DNA of 16,327 bases, from assembly GCA_009859145.1 (NCBI GenBank), contig VRVR01000001.1, forward strand, positions 1-16,327. The letters run 5' to 3'. The translations under genes and the position numbers were made by a program. The DNA comes from Andalucia godoyi And28. Its lineage: Eukaryota; Protista; Jakobida. Positions 16,264-16,327 of the stretch are shown one piece after another; the stretch's first letter is position 1; each line of letters opens with the position of its first letter. The notes beneath the pieces are model-generated. The model was not told where the DNA came from and searched no databases. It worked only from the letters and a program-made list of their open reading frames with translations.

Positions 16264-16327
16264 GTTTTTTTTTCTTTTTTTTTTTCGCCAGTCGCTGTGT
16301 GTGTGGTGGGGTGGGGGGGGGGGGGGG
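16264..16327. repeat. Poly-T, (TG)n and terminal G15 low-complexity end
   Basis: Seen directly: T tracts 16264-16285, TG repeat 16296-16305, G run 16313-16327 at the window end. Confidence 0.9.

Noticed and set aside
16296-16327. G-rich end as a possible telomere
   Set aside because: No regular telomeric unit such as TTAGGG; a (TG)n-to-poly-G run is more likely a homopolymer assembly break or sequencing artefact.
1-16327. tRNA, rRNA, CRISPR arrays
   Set aside because: No cloverleaf/T-loop consensus in intergenic DNA, no rRNA-like segment and no regularly spaced repeat-spacer array were seen.

Overview
Eukaryotic genomic DNA (standard code, roughly 50% GC coding sequence, A/T-tract-rich intergenic spacers, no introns needed for any gene) from a flagellated, aerobic, mitochondriate protist. 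The BBOF1, NDUFA8 and GatC genes support this; the species cannot be fixed from sequence alone. The right 13.3 kb (2988-16111) is a compact block of 8 intact genes: a 7TM gustatory-receptor-like/7TMIC membrane protein, an Unc13/Munc13-family C2-MUN protein, BBOF1/CCDC176, mitochondrial GatC, a Siva-like zinc-finger protein, a GPR137/TOM1-like membrane protein, an ALDH3-family aldehyde dehydrogenase and complex I subunit NDUFA8. The left ~2.9 kb has no convincing intact gene and looks like a decay zone. Its best signal is invisible in the ORF track: a heavily frameshifted Fanzor2/TnpB-type RNA-guided nuclease relic (~2300-2900, +). Its RuvC-I, bridge-helix, RuvC-II/zinc-finger and RuvC-III motifs lie in the correct order across at least six frame switches, followed by a GC-rich hairpin where the omega-RNA scaffold would be. 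A weaker relic on the minus strand (~700-1795) resembles a coiled-coil/restriction-endonuclease-like/kinase (Crinkler-like) gene. All family calls are by motif recognition from memory; no database search was run.
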